From Sphagnum compactum (taxonomy: Eukaryota): a stretch of DNA of 64,000 bases. The notes beneath the pieces are model-generated. The model made no database searches, was not told the origin of the DNA, and was given only the letters and a program-made list of their open reading frames with translations. Below are positions 1 to 13,065 of the stretch, one piece after another; positions within the stretch are counted from its first letter, which is position 1, and each line of letters opens with the position of its first letter. The position numbers and the translations under genes were made by a program. The DNA is taken from contig OZ234493.1 of NCBI GenBank assembly GCA_965153455.1, positions 21,814,213 to 21,878,212 of the forward strand, read 5' to 3'.

Positions 1-283
1 GAACTGCTGGAGGAATGGACAATGGTGTTGCAAAATTGATTCGGTGGGTGGATCTGCGCAGGAGCCTGTGAACTTGGAGGATACTGAAGAACATGATGCT
101 CCTCCTTCTCCAAACAGACAGGTTCGTCCATTTGCAGGCAACTCTTCTCAAGTCAGCAAGACTCCACCCACACTGAGGTCAGCAGCTTGCAAGAAGCCAG
201 GGGTGGATGCTAAGCCTCGACAAAAATTTGTTTATAAGAAATTCCCTAGAGGGGAGGGAGAGAAAACTAGTTGGAGCAGCTAA
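1..283 (+). pseudogene. 3' part of a Myb/SANT-like gene, paralog of the gene at the window end
   Basis: Bases 1-26 match 63975-64000 at 23/26 (GTAGGMDNG vs GTAGSMDNG); continues into the low-complexity ORF 44-283 in a different frame. Confidence 0.45.
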
Positions 284-964
284 GACGGTGGGCAGACTAT
301 GTGCGCATTTAGTCTGCCTGCCTCCCTTTCTGCCAGCGAATTTCAAGGGGCAGCAGGCAGAAGCCAAGGTTTGCACAATCGTGTGTGCTACCCAAAATTT
401 AGAAGCTCAAGGTGTTGTGTACTCTACTCTCAAAACAGGGATACAGGGATAGCCATTGCGTATGCCGACAACCTTAAGGTACAGCAGGGTTTCAAAGACT
501 TTACCCATCAACCCAGGAATCAAGCATCAGACTCAAAATTTTCAAAATAATAGAGTTATCCGTAAAGTCATGCCCGGTTGGGCCTGAGTTGCACCCCTTA
601 TTCGATGCTTCATCCGCTCCTGGTTGTTGTCCACAAAATCATGAAATTTTATTAAATAAGGGTATGAAATACTGAGGCTCGGGATTAAATGCACCAGGGT
701 ATAGGACATTTATAGCTTCAGTACACATAGTAGCAGTGATTGGTTGAAATGTCGTCCCCCATGTGACCAAACAGGACCAAACAGGGGGTTCCAGTGCCGT
801 CTTTGCCTGACTTTACGGATGACTTTATTGGCAAAGATTTTACAGGGCCTTGGACCGATACCGGAAACAACTACCTGGACTCAAGTCAATGCAATTAAGA
901 ATTCGATTTCTTGTGACTTTAATAAAAACGCCACGCGCGACCTTGTTCCCAGCTTTTAGCAATG

Positions 965-1140
965 ACTGCTGGCTTTACAAAGGACATTTTCAGGACTCCA
1001 CAATTCACAGCACGACCATGGAGTCCACTGCTCGGTTTACGAAGGACATTTCGGGACTCCACAAATGATGGCACGACCATAGAGTCGACTGCTGGCTTTA
1101 CAAAGGACATGTCAGGACACCACAAATGACAGCACGACAA
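965..1140 (+). repeat. ~61-bp tandem repeat x3
   Basis: gactgctggctttacaaaggaca...gcacgaccat recurs at ~965, ~1026 and ~1087; two units remain in the paralog at ~38030-38145. Confidence 0.8.
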
Positions 1141-1225
1141 TGCATGGCTCACTTTCGTTTGGCAAAACCTTAAAATCTCCGGACAAGTTTTTAAAAGACC
1201 CAAAAGATTGCACCACAAGATTTTC

Positions 1226-1553
1226 TTGGCAAAGGCTCACGTACCAGGTAGCTTCTGTAGGCAGTTATAATGAACCTTGTGGAACGGACAACGAGATAAG
1301 GTGTAAGGTGTAAGGTAAAGGTTGGGAAACACAACCTTACCAGGGAGCCTCTGCAGGTTGCTGACCCTACCAACCTCGCACAATTTGGCAAACGGTCACT
1401 TACCAGGCAGCTTCTGTAGGCAGTTATGATGAACGTTGTGGAACGGACAATGAGATACGTGTAAGGTAAAAGTTGGGAAACACAACCTTACCAGGCACAC
1501 ACTCTTACCAGGCAGCCTCTCCAGGTTGCTTACCCTACCAACCTCCCATAATT
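1226..1553 (+). repeat. ~150-bp tandem repeat, 2 units
   Basis: cttctgtaggcagttat at 1252 and 1411; same unit as the 5-copy array at 38200-45340. Confidence 0.85.
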
Positions 1554-2589
1554 TCAGCCCCATCGGTAGGTTTTTCCTTAGCAGGAATTAGGTGGGAATC
1601 TTAGGACATAAATCAATGCAAACTTTGAGGCAGTACTTCCTTCCAAATTCCAATTTCGGAGCATCCTTTTTCCGCTATACAAAAGTTAAATTCAGCACCG
1701 TTTCCCACTTGTCACTTCCTGGGAATTTGTAGGCTCTGCCAAGAGGGTCAGACATCATCTGAGGATGTGCGATCACTTGCATGTAGAAATTAGGAGCAGC
1801 TACACTAGTAATAGGGGCTGGTAATTCAAAATCAAGGAAATGTAACTTTAGATGCAAAGAATCTGGAAATAGCTTTACTTCATTACACTATCGCAGGTGA
1901 CATTTGATTATATCTTAGCATGCATGGAAAACAACCTTGTAGTGCTGCAGCAACGATGGAAAATTAACAATCAAAGAAAACCAGTAATTTGTGACATGCA
2001 ATATTTTTGACGCCTTTGAAGTATTGTCATCAATGTAGGATTAAAAGCCAACAACTTAGCAACATCGATCCAGAGTTGACAATTTTCAAAATATGGTTGG
2101 AGTTATCTTTGTGAATAATAGTTGGGAAAACTATTAGAAACAATGGCCTAATAGTCTGCAGTAGAAAAATAGTTATAATACCAGCTAGCCTCAGGTGGGC
2201 TGGAGTGAACCAGCAGCCACCAATGCACCAGTTGAGGATGAGCCCGTTCAGCCCGTTTTGCGGATGAACATCCTCCCTGCCCGTCGAGGTATTTTTTTTT
2301 CACCTCTTCTCTACCCCACCTACCTCCCCCCTCCTACCTCCTCCTACCTACCACCTACCTCCCCCCTCCTATCTACCACCTACCAACCCCACCCCCCCTC
2401 ACTCCATCGCAAGAGCTCGAGCTGTGGCTGTGGAGCTCGAGCTGTGCAACGGGAGCTGTGGAGCCGGGAGGGAGGTAGGAGCCGGGAGGTCGTGCAGCTA
2501 GAGCGGAGCGGGACCCACGCGCCCACGAAGAGGTCCACGAAGAGGTAAGATGCTTTGAGTTTTTTTTTCTGTTTTTTCTGTTTGTTTTG

Positions 2590-3565
2590 TTTGAAGAAGG
2601 CATCGCTGCCTTCTTCTTTTGTTTTTTGTAACGCAAGAAGGCGCAAAGAAGAAGGCGATGGCAAAGCTGCCGTCGCCTTCTTCTTGTTGTTTTGCTACGC
2701 TGCAGCGCAAGAAGGTGACGGCAGCGTTGCTACCATCGCCTTCTTTTTTTTTTCTTTGGCAGCGGAAGAGAAAAAAGAAGAAGGCAACGGCACTGCCGTC
2801 GCCTTCTTCTTCTTCCTCTTGTTTTGCTACAGCGCAGCAGAAGAAGGCGACGACAAAGCTACCGTCGCCTTCTTCTTGTTGTTTTGCAGCAACGCTGCCG
2901 TCGCCTTTTTTTTTTTTTTTTTTGGCAGCAGAAAAGAAAGAAGAAGAAGAAGGCGACGGCACTGCCGTCGCCTTCTTCTTTTTCCTCTTGTTTTGCTGCG
3001 CTGCAGCGCAACAGAAGAAGGCGACGTTGCTGCTGTCGCCTTCTTCTTTTTTTTGCAGCGCAAGAAGGCGCAAAGAAGAAGGCGACGACAAAGCTGCCGT
3101 CACCTTCTTCTTATTGTTTTGCTGAGTTGCAACGCAAGAAGGCGACGGCAGCGTTGCTACCGTCACCTTTTTTTTTTTTTTCTTTGGCAGCGGAAGAGAA
3201 AAAAGAAAAAGGCGACGGCACTGCCGTCGTCTTCTTCTTCTTCCTCTTGTTTTGCTGCACTGCAGCGCAGCTCCGCAGTAGGGAGAAGAAGGCGATGGCA
3301 GCTGCCGTCGCCTTCTTCGTGGAGCTGCACTGCAACGCAGCTCCACACTAGGCAGAAGAAGGCGACGGCAACTACCGTCGCCTTCTTCTTCTTTTGTTTT
3401 TTTTTTTTTTTTTCCACTTGTCGCATAGCTGTAACTTTGTATTGAAGAAGAAGAAGACGACAGCTGTCGCCACCTTCTTTGCATTGCTGCAAGCAAATGG
3501 CGAATTTGCCTTTCTTTTGTGGTGCTGCGAAGAAGGCGACAGCAGCAATGTCGTCACCTTCCTCT
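2590..3565. repeat. Array of short inverted repeats (AAGAAGGCGACGGCA / TGCCGTCGCCTTCTT)
   Basis: The motif and its reverse complement alternate many times, e.g. gaagaaggcgatggca-aagc-tgccgtcgccttcttc at ~2648-2683. Confidence 0.9.
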
Positions 3566-3661
3566 ATGCTGGTGGGTTTTATTTTTTCTTTATTGTTGCT
3601 TATGGTGTAATTCCTTAGAATTAACATTACATTAACTGGTGGTTTTTTCTTTAGAGTTGTA

Positions 3662-5210
3662 ATGGCCAAGGGAAGAAGATTGAGGAAGAGCGCTGGTGGG
3701 GAGCTGGAAATGAGGAAGGAAAATGGTACTGCGTCAGATGACGCAATTCTTCTGCCAAATGTTGTTGTGTCAGACGAGGCAATTCTTCTGCCAAATGTTG
3801 CTGTGTCAGACGAGGCAATTCTTCTGCCAAATGTTGCTGTGTTAGACGAGACAATTCTTCTGCCAAATGTTGTTGTGTCAGACGAAGCAGACGCCGAGCC
3901 ACACGTTGCTGCAACTACCGAGCAAAATATGGTTGCAGCAGATGAAACAGTTGGTGACCGAAGTATTGTTGCAATAGATGAGCGAATTGGTGCGCAAAAT
4001 GGTGCTCTATCATAATTGAAAGACAAGGATGACAGTTTGATATAGATTGTTTTAGAATTTGTGGACATTAGATTAAAGACAGATTAAAAAGATTGTACAA
4101 GTCTCTTCAAGTGTAATTATATCCGCACCTTCCATCATTTGTTGGAAGGTGTGGGATTTTTTTTATCAAAATTTTTCTATTGCAATACCTGAAAATAGTT
4201 CATGTTTATAGGAGTAGTATGTGATTAAGTGAGTTTATGTTTTGTAATACTTGCATTCTGTTTTTTGATCTTTCATTTTTTTGGTTAGGTCCGAAAGTTG
4301 AATCTGAGCAGGCTCCTTAGACACTTGCACTTCTTTGTCCACCTAATTTGGCTCGGAAGGACAAAGAATGGACGAAGGTTGGGTCGAAATGGAAGTGCAA
4401 AGTTGGCACTTGCACTGTCGCATATTGTGCCAAATGGTTGTTGACCCAGCATTTGAAGGAGGTGCATGGCTTGGTGGCAGAAAAGGCCAAACCTGGGAGG
4501 CCTTCAACTGCTGTAGGAGGTCCTTGACATCAAGACCATGCCAAAATGAATGCTCGCATCTTGGGAATTACAATGGTTGTGCAAAGGCAGAATGATCAAA
4601 ACGTGGCTAGTCGCGCTCGTGCCAAAGCACAACGCGAGTGGAAAAACCTGGTAGCTGTTGCAAAACAGTGTCAACCATTCCCAAAACCAGCTTTGGTTAA
4701 ATTAGCTTCAGAGTAATTGTTGAAGGTGTTGGGCCTCAATGCTTGGGGTGTGGGAAGTGTGCCTCGAGATGCAGCATCACGGATGGAGAAGGATGAAGAT
4801 TTACAAGGGATGATGCGATCCACCCGTTGTGTATATGCACGACAATTGAAGACGGCATGGGATGTAAAAAATTGGGATCGAGAGTCCAGTAAAACAAATC
4901 GGACAAAACAGTTGGCAGATGTTTTGGATTTTCATGAATCTAGAATGATTCATGGAAGGTAAGAAATAATAATAAGCAATGTTTATTATTTTTTTATTGC
5001 ATTTCATCCAAGGTGCATTAGGATTTAACTTGGTGGTTTTTGGGTGTTTATAGGGTTCAGGGCTAAGCACAGGAAGAGTTTGTTGCAACTGTAATTCAGG
5101 TTGAGATGCAACGCCGCCATTTTTACACTGCTCGTCATGCAGCAAAAGCTGCAAATGCAGCAACTGCATACTGAGCTAAACACGAGATTGTAGATACTGA
5201 TATGGGTTAA
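3662..5210 (+). pseudogene. MULE accessory gene: C2H2 zinc-finger protein (~384 aa, 3 exons), with in-frame stops
   Basis: Exons 3662-3989, 4289-4958 and 5054-5210 have GT/AG ends and total 1155 nt; CKVGTC-TVA-Y-CAKWL-L-TQ-H-LKEV-H fits C-x4-C-x3-Y-x5-L-x2-H-x4-H; followed by KAKPGRP; several stops at positions that are sense in other copies. Confidence 0.8.
3734..3886 (+). repeat. 36-bp coding tandem repeat (SDEAILLPNVVV) x~4
   Basis: tcaga(c/t)ga at 3734, 3770, 3806, 3842 and 3878. Confidence 0.9.
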
Positions 5211-5619
5211 GGTTTCACTCTATATAGTTAGTTAGGTTTTGTAGCCCTTTTATTTTTTGGACTACCCAATTTTGAATTTCGATCTTTTGATATGTTACAG
5301 AGAACCAACATTTTTTTTCTCATTGGGTTCTTTAGTAATTTTTCATGCACCCATTTTTGTACATCTTTTATCAATATAATAGTATCTTCTACTCACACTT
5401 GTTTTATGGGTATATGGTTAAGCATATGTCTTCTTTGTCATAATTTTCTTAGTACTTAAGATGTAAGAATCAAACCAAAGATCAAAATGAACATTGTGCA
5501 ATACTTACATCTAATATAATAGGACTCACATCACCTGAAGAGTTTTAAAACAATACACACATTTTAAACATATAATACCTACATCATTTTCTATTATAAA
5601 TCTCATAAGGAGATTTTCA

Positions 5620-5895
5620 AATATGTAATACCTGCATATAAGTCCCATAATAGTCGTTGGTTTATTTGGCATCTCTTGCAATACCCGCATATGGGCCACA
5701 AATAGTTGCTAACAGTCTTCATTCGTTGCAATACCCGCATATCGATCCATGGTATTCGCTTTGTTTTTATAACAATCCTTGCAATACCCGCATATAGTTT
5801 CCATAATAGTCGCTGGTTTTTTTTTTGCATCTCTTACAATACCCGCATATAGGTCCCATAATAGTTGCTGGTTTTTTTCATTCATTGCAAAACTT
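5620..5895 (+). repeat. ~51-bp tandem repeat with GCAATACCCGCATA core
   Basis: Core recurs about every 50-55 bp; longer array at 22769-23130, shorter at ~41830-42010. Confidence 0.8.
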
Positions 5896-7254
5896 ACATT
5901 TTTACATAAAATTAATTCAGAATAATAATTATTTTAGGTATATAAAAAGACATATTTTGGGTACCCATAGCACTTATTTGTTCGTTTGAAATGACGTTAC
6001 ATGCGGGTATTGCATCTAGGGTTTAGGGTGTTCACATAAGGTTTGCCTCAATCACCTATGGATTATTTCAGTATGAACTTGCATGTAGGTATTGCATCTC
6101 GGCCTTGGTCTTCATTCAAAGGCGCACCTAAACTACATATTTGGTATTTCAAAGCGACCTTACATGTGGGTATTACATTTAAGGTTGCCCTTTCATTGGA
6201 GGTTTTACCTTATTCACCTATGGGTTATTTTGAAATGAACTTGAATATGGCTATTGCATTTAGGGTTAAGGTTTCGTATAATTTTGACCCACTATATGAT
6301 TATTTTAACCAAGAATTTATGAACTATATATCAGAAAAGTATATAATAAAATTTCAATCAAACATAGGATTAATATGTGGGAGAGATCATTTTTATTATT
6401 ATGTGAAACATGAAAGAAAAAGTAGAAATTTATGTGCTTTGATTTCTTTTTTAACATAGTTTAAAATCTTATTAAATTAGAGACTTTATATTTATGTTTT
6501 TTGAAATCAGTATACAACTTCAAAAGGGGGGAAGAAAAAATTAACATCTTTGAAAAAAATTTAAACTTGAACTTTTTATTTTTTGATCTCAACAAACTTT
6601 GTATTGCATTCAGGGTTGGGTTTTCACATAAGGTTTGTTTCTTACCTTTGTGTGATAACTCCAACCTAATTTTCCCAATCTCTTTGAAGAAAATATAGAA
6701 TGAAATTGTATTGTTTCACATATGTCTAAACCCAAAAATTTCCCCCCAATTTAATATAAAACATTTCTGATAATTAATGTATTATTTCGAAATTTTGTCA
6801 TATAATTAAATAATTAATAGACCATTATTTCAGATAATTTAGATGAATAATTATCAAGAATTAAATAATCATTTATTTATTTGGAATAATTAACTAATCA
6901 TTTGGCTTAACTTTATTTACTTGGATAATAAAAAGTTGGATCTAAAAATCAAATTGATTAATTTGATATTTGATTAATTAACTTAAGTATATTTTTGTTT
7001 TAATAAGTTATTGAAATCACTATTTAAGATAATTATTCCATGTTATAGATTGTAAGTTCAGCTTTTTCATGAAAAATTCCTACACCAAGATAAGCTTGAT
7101 CTCAATTGTCATTGTATTATTTGTTCCACAAACAATACAACCTCTTTTCAAATTCATGAAACAAAGTAAGAATCATGGAATTCATAATCAACAACCCTAA
7201 CCTCTATACACACCTTTGTTAGCATGTTAATTTGAAATTAACTAATTATTTTGG

Positions 7255-7530
7255 AGTGACCCAAAATGTAGGTATTACATTTAGGGTAGGATCTTCATTT
7301 AAAGAAGGCTTAACCCCCACATCCGTATTTTTGGTGTGACCCAAAATGCAAGTATTGCATTTAGGGTAGGATCTTCGTATAAAGATGCTTAAACTTCACA
7401 TGCGTGCTTTCGAAATGGCCCAAAATGCAGGTCTTGCAATTAGGGTAGGATCTTCGTATAAAGATGCTTAAACGCCACATGCGTACTTTCGAAATGGCCC
7501 AAAATGCAGGTATTGCATTTAGCCTAGGGT
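7255..7530 (+). repeat. ~79-bp tandem repeat with GGTATTGCATTTAGGGTAGG core
   Basis: cccaaaatgcaggtattgcatttagggtaggatcttc...cacatgcgtactttc repeated; also at 13066-13260, 14400-14590 and 25655-26010. Confidence 0.85.
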
Positions 7531-8055
7531 TATTTCAAAGTGACTTTGTGTTTGCATATTCTAATTAAGGCTAGGTCTTCACTTCAGGGTACCCAAACCA
7601 TTTAGATGGGTTTTCTTTTAAACATGTGGGTATTGCATTTAGGCTTGTTTTTTCATTTAAACTTGCAATACCCGAACTTGTACTTACCTCTACCAACTGG
7701 AATTTTGGGTTTCATCGCAATACCTACATCTATACTTACCTTAACCAACTGGAATTTTGGGGCATAATTGCAATACTTGCACTTGTACTTACTTTTACCA
7801 ACTGGGATTTTGGGGCTTAGTTACAATACCTGCATCTAACACTAATATAATCATTATCCTTGTGTTTTTGCATTTCACAATTTTTGTGCTTATTACTTGG
7901 AAACAATAATAACCTTTGTGCAATATTAGACTTCATGTGTGTGTTGAATACATGATGTTCAAAAAATTTGGGCTATGGTTTCCTCCATACAAAATTAATT
8001 CTAAAACAAAAATTTTAGTGCCAATGGCAACAATCTTGATTAGCAATTGAAACAT

Positions 8056-10749
8056 TTATTCGTGACATCGTTTAGTACGTACATTTGTGTGATTGAGCAT
8101 TGTTTCATGCCAATCTTTGAGCCGTTTGACACTATTTCCCAATCCATCTTCTACACGGCGTAACACCAGTCCTGGGTGTGAAATTGCATTTGCCTTTGTG
8201 AGGTGTATGTTACGAATATTACATGGCAATACTCTCATGTGTGAGGTGGCATGTTCACAAAGTGTCACATCACCTTTTTTACATTCATTTGTGATCTCTT
8301 GCATTGTAGTGTCCAATTGTGCAAGAGCCTTTTCCATTGGGGTTAATGAATTTATTGTCTCATTAGACCCTACAATGGCACCCATAGGGAGATCATTTTG
8401 CTCCACGTTCATGAGCCCGTCAAATTCCATGATCCCATCATCACCTTCAAGATGATCATCTTCGTCATCATCATTGGCCTCCATATCATTTGGAATATGT
8501 GGCGGGTCTGCAAACATGTGACCCAACCCTCCACGATGTGATCCATACCATGTTCCACAGTAATGAATGATATCCTCTTGAGAAATGTCTGTGCATGTGA
8601 GAATGACATTAATTTGGTGTTTACACATGTTCCCTCGCAATGGCCATTCGCATGTGCAACAAAACATTTCGGTGAATGGGAATTTCACCGTGTAAATAAC
8701 ATTGGGAAGGCGTTGGCTCCGTACGGCCCAAGCTCCATCACTCTCAAGGGTTGGTTGGTACACATGGCTGAGTGGAATAAGGGCTGCCATTTCCACATTT
8801 CGTGTAATAATGGCCTCTATAACCTTGTTTTTTATGAAACCCATCTTTTTCATTTCCAATGTGTGCATGTAGTGTCGTGCAATGGTTGTTGTTAATCGCC
8901 ACACCAACCAGTCAATCCTACGCCTTCTAAGGCCTTTTGTGTCAAGAGCAAGCCAATGCTTCAATGCACCATGATATGATTCAATGCTCGCTTGGGTGTC
9001 TTGGTTGGAATGGGGCACTCTTCGAACACCCACCATCCATAATTCTACAAACATAAACACAATACATAAGGATGAATAACATTATACAAAATAATTTTGA
9101 ATGCTAAACCATGAAAAATATTATCACTTACCAAATTGATGGTAATAAGTCTAGAAATAGTTTGTCCACGCATCACCAGGCCTATGTTTATGAAGGCTTT
9201 CTCTCACAGCAACCCTCCCACGCTCTTTGAAGTCATTAATTGTTTCTCCATGATTGATGGACATGTACATCACATCATGAAGGTCTTGGAAGATTCCACC
9301 CCGCACTTCCACATCTTTGATTTTTTCAGTACCACGTAGGCGCCATGCTTTGAGAACATGCCAACAACAAAGGTAGATGGGAACCTTGTCCATACCCCAT
9401 ACGACCCTAATAAGGACACATATGCAATAAAATCTCATGAGTGGATGGGGTTAATAACCCATAAAATGCATTTGAAGTAATCAAGAATTTTATGAAAGAT
9501 ATTAAAAAACATTTAAGGAAATAAACACAAAGTCGATACTAAGTATAGAACTAACCGTAATGCCTTCAATTCTTGATGTGCATCATCAACGAGAAAACAT
9601 GATGGTTTCTAATGTGGCATGTGTGATAACATCTTCTCTTTTAGTGGCTTCAACCATTCGATCAAATCTTGAACTGTTTGCCTACTTGTAATGATCCAGG
9701 CTAAAGGGACACCCGTGCGATGATCATCAAACCCCATCAAGGTGAATAGATGGAATTTCATGTCATTTGTGCCAAATGTGGCATCCATAGAAATGGCACC
9801 ATTGTGACCATATGATAGCATGGACTTGCATTGAGTTGTGTTTGAATACCTATGGTGAATGGGACTTGAGTTCCGTTGATTTCACCAACATCTTGGAAAA
9901 AGAACACATCTTCTGGATGTTGGAGAGCCCAAGACCGAATTGAAATTGCAGGGTTAGTGTGTAAACGCCAACTCCCTTTCTTATGTTTCCGATCCAAATA
10001 TGCAATGTCTTGAAGCCGAATGAAATCATCTCGTGTCATGCTTTGACCCGCATTCACACGTTCCCACCAAATTGCTTTATGCTTGTCATATATTTGTTTA
10101 GTCGTGTAGCCTAAGCTTAGTTGGGCCCATATGTGGTCTTTCAATGCTTGTGACATGCGTGGAGCATAACGAGACATACGAAAAATGGACTCTAAGTCAT
10201 GCTCACCATGTGCGAATGACCCATCAATTCATGTATGGGCCTTATGATAAATTGTGATTTCAGCCACATCGGGTTGTGTGTATAGACGTTTGATTGAGAA
10301 TGACGCTAGGCATCCTCGTTTAATAGATCGAGTGTGGGTTGAATTTTCTCGATAGTCCTCTGGTCCATATCCGCATTGATACCTAAACCAAAAAACTTTC
10401 AAAACGTAAATGATTACATCTTTGGTATATGAATTATAGAAATTAAAAAGGTTAATGCCATAAATGTTTACCATGTATGCCCGAGGTGGTTTTTGATAGT
10501 TGGTTGCTTGACATCCGTTTGGCTTGGAAAGTTTTTGTAAACATTCCATTCCACAGGGGTGCTTGTATCCCCTCGTTCACCTTCCAAGAATTTCGAAATG
10601 CGAGCATATGGAACATAAGCAAATTGAATGGTCACTTTATTTTGCCCTCCATGGCATATCCCAGACGTCCACACCAAATCTTTGTTTGAGAAAGGGGACT
10701 TGGTGGGGTTTTGGACATGAATGGAATGGGACTTTGGAACCCTTCCCAT
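8056..10749 (-). pseudogene. MULE transposase with SWIM zinc finger (4 exons), disrupted
   Basis: Exons 10749-10472, 10382-9556, 9406-9132 and 9044-8056 are phase-compatible; motifs YQCGYGPEDYR, ISMDATF (D1), FLVDDA (D2), LCCWH (CxxH), IESYH (E), CTCEW...MCKH (SWIM); stops at 10229, 9609 and 9151 and a frameshift near 9838. Confidence 0.92.
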
Positions 10750-11067
10750 GATTAAAGGAAGTAGGACAAATTCCTGCACCAAGAGAATTTATAATTCTCT
10801 AAACATTCATCATTGAACAAAAACCCAAAATGCAATACATACATGGCTCCTTTAAAATCAATGTTGTGACTTGGAATTCCCATTACAACACCCATATCAT
10901 GATATAAAATACCTACTATTCCAATGTACATAACGTATAATACTTGCATTATGAACCCATATACTAAAACAAGTTTTGGCAATACCACATTGAGCTATTA
11001 AACTTCCCATCATTGAAAATGTTCACATATGCAATACCCGTATTGTACCTTAAACCCATAGTGTCTG

Positions 11068-12290
11068 AAAACCCCATGTAGCAATACCCACATAATGATA
11101 ATTAATGCACACTGTTTGAGAGGTGCAAAATGCAATACCTACCTTAAGCCATAAAACCCACACTGGTTGTGGGTAGTCAATGCATTATTCGCAGATGGGT
11201 GTGAAAAAATAATCTACAAAGGGATATTGAATATGAAATATCCGTGTAAAGGTATAAAACCTTTATTTATGGTTGTATACTTAATGAAACTTGATGCCTT
11301 TTCTATATCCAATAACTAGGAAATGAAAAGAGGTTGAATTGTGAAAATATAAACAAATTCACAAAAGAAGTAACAAGAGACAAATGCATACCTTTAAGAA
11401 TAAAAGATGACAACGTTCCACCAAAGTTTATAGTCCCAATTGAAAACGCAACCTTAAAAAATCATAATTCGTACAAAAATGGGTTAGAAAATATTAAACT
11501 CTAGCAACTATGGAACATAGGAAACAAAGGAGATTCATAATTATGGTATAGATCTAAACAAGTGAAAAGATAAAAACCAATACAATGAACAAAATTTAAA
11601 ATATAAACCTTAGGTTCTGAAATATATGAACCAAATTCCTATACACTAAATAATAAAGCATAACCTTAAAAATCCAAATGATATTTTGCAAAACCCCATG
11701 TAGCAATACCCACATAATGATAATTAATGCACACTATTTAAGAGGAGCAAAATGCAATACCTGCCTTAAGCCATAAAACACACACTGGTTGTGGGTAGTC
11801 AATGCATTGTTCGCATATGAGTGTGAAAAAATAAACTACAAAGAGATATTGAATTCAAAATATCCATGTAAAAGTATAAAACCTTTATTTATGGTTGTAT
11901 ACTTCATGAAACTTGATGCCCTTTCTATATCCAATAACTAGGAAATGAAAAGAGGTTGAATTGTGAAAATAGAAACAAAAAAACAAAAAAAGTAACAAGA
12001 GACAAATGCATACCTTTAAAAGTAAAAGATGACAACGTTCCACCAAAGTTTGTAGTCCCAATTGAAAACGTAACCCTAAAAAATCATAATTCATACAAAA
12101 ATGGGTTAGAAAATATTAAACTCTAGCAACTATGGAACATAGGAAACAAAGGAGATTCATAATTATGGTATACATCTAAACAAGTGAAAATATCAAAAAC
12201 CAATACAATGAGCAAAATTTAGAGTATATGTGAACCAAATTCTTATACACTAAAGAATAAAGCATAACCCTAAAAATCCAAATGATATTT
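11068..12290. repeat. ~620-bp internal tandem duplication upstream of the transposase
   Basis: aaaccccatgtagcaatacccacataatg at ~11068 and ~11692; same duplication at ~35630 and ~36262. Confidence 0.85.
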
Positions 12291-13065
12291 TTCCATAAGC
12301 CTCATTACAACCCTAATCATACAAACCCTAACAAAAACACGTCTTAGTGATATATGCCCTAAACCCAAAAAACTATACAAATTATATAATGCAAAATATG
12401 TTAATATTTAAAAACAATCAAATAAATTTCATACAAAACCAAAAGAGAAGATATGTCTTTTGCCTTTGTGTGGGCTTTTGTGTGATCTCTCCAACTTAAT
12501 TTTTTGCACTCTTTTTGAAGAAGATTTAGAATGCAATTGTACTACTTCACACATGTGTAAACCCTAAAAATTTCTCCCCAAATTTAGCCTACTTTAGATT
12601 AATTACTATACATTTGTGAAAACTTATTAATTAATTTATGTGTCTCAGCCCTAAACCTAAACCATAATCCAATAGTACATACTTATAATAATTACATGAA
12701 AAGAGTATTGTAATGTCCATTCAATAATAAATTAGGTAAACAAAATTTAGTAGGATTGAGGGGGGGGGGGTGGGGGTGGAAAAAATGAGTAGGTAGTTAA
12801 TTAGGTATTTGGCTATGTAAAAAACATAGATAGATAGGTAGTTAGGTAGATAGGCAAGTTAGTACATATGAAACAAATTACATTATCAAGGTGACTAGGT
12901 TTGTAAAATATTTATGTCAATAGGGTGGTTATGTATGTAGGGTAGGTTAAGTTAGTAGGGTATGTAATTAATAGGGTAGCTAGGTTAGTAGGGTAGGTGG
13001 TTAGTACAGTAGCTAGGTCAATAGGATAACTAGTTATTAGGTCAGTAGGGCATAATAAATAAGGT

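Larger units (their letters stand above)
843..2197. repeat. Segmental duplication block, copy A part 1 (paralog of 37909-38388 + 44788-45970)
   Basis: Collinear homology from cagggcctt (843 vs 37909) to gttataatac...gcct (2172-2191 vs ~45941-45960). Confidence 0.9.

Noticed and set aside
2189-2198. Alternative reading of GGG...CCC termini with a 7-bp TSD
   Set aside because: The sequence permits it, but 9 bp fits both complete elements and the Mutator-type transposase
2590-3565. CRISPR-like repeat/spacer appearance
   Set aside because: Repeats alternate in orientation, spacers are not unique, there are no cas genes and the context is eukaryotic
2373-3618. Many overlapping long ORFs (up to 332 aa) on both strands
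   Set aside because: By-product of the stop-poor hairpin array; low-complexity K/R/F/A translations; frames not conserved in the 38840-39840 copy
5054-5195. Cys-rich frame (CCNC...CSSCSKSCKCSNC) as a second metal finger
   Set aside because: Wrong splice phase; the phase-compatible frame reads EEFV...EMQRRHFY and is shared by three copies
12260-12665. Scattered telomere-like aaccctaa/aaaccct motifs
   Set aside because: Isolated copies inside the MULE, not a TTTAGGG array
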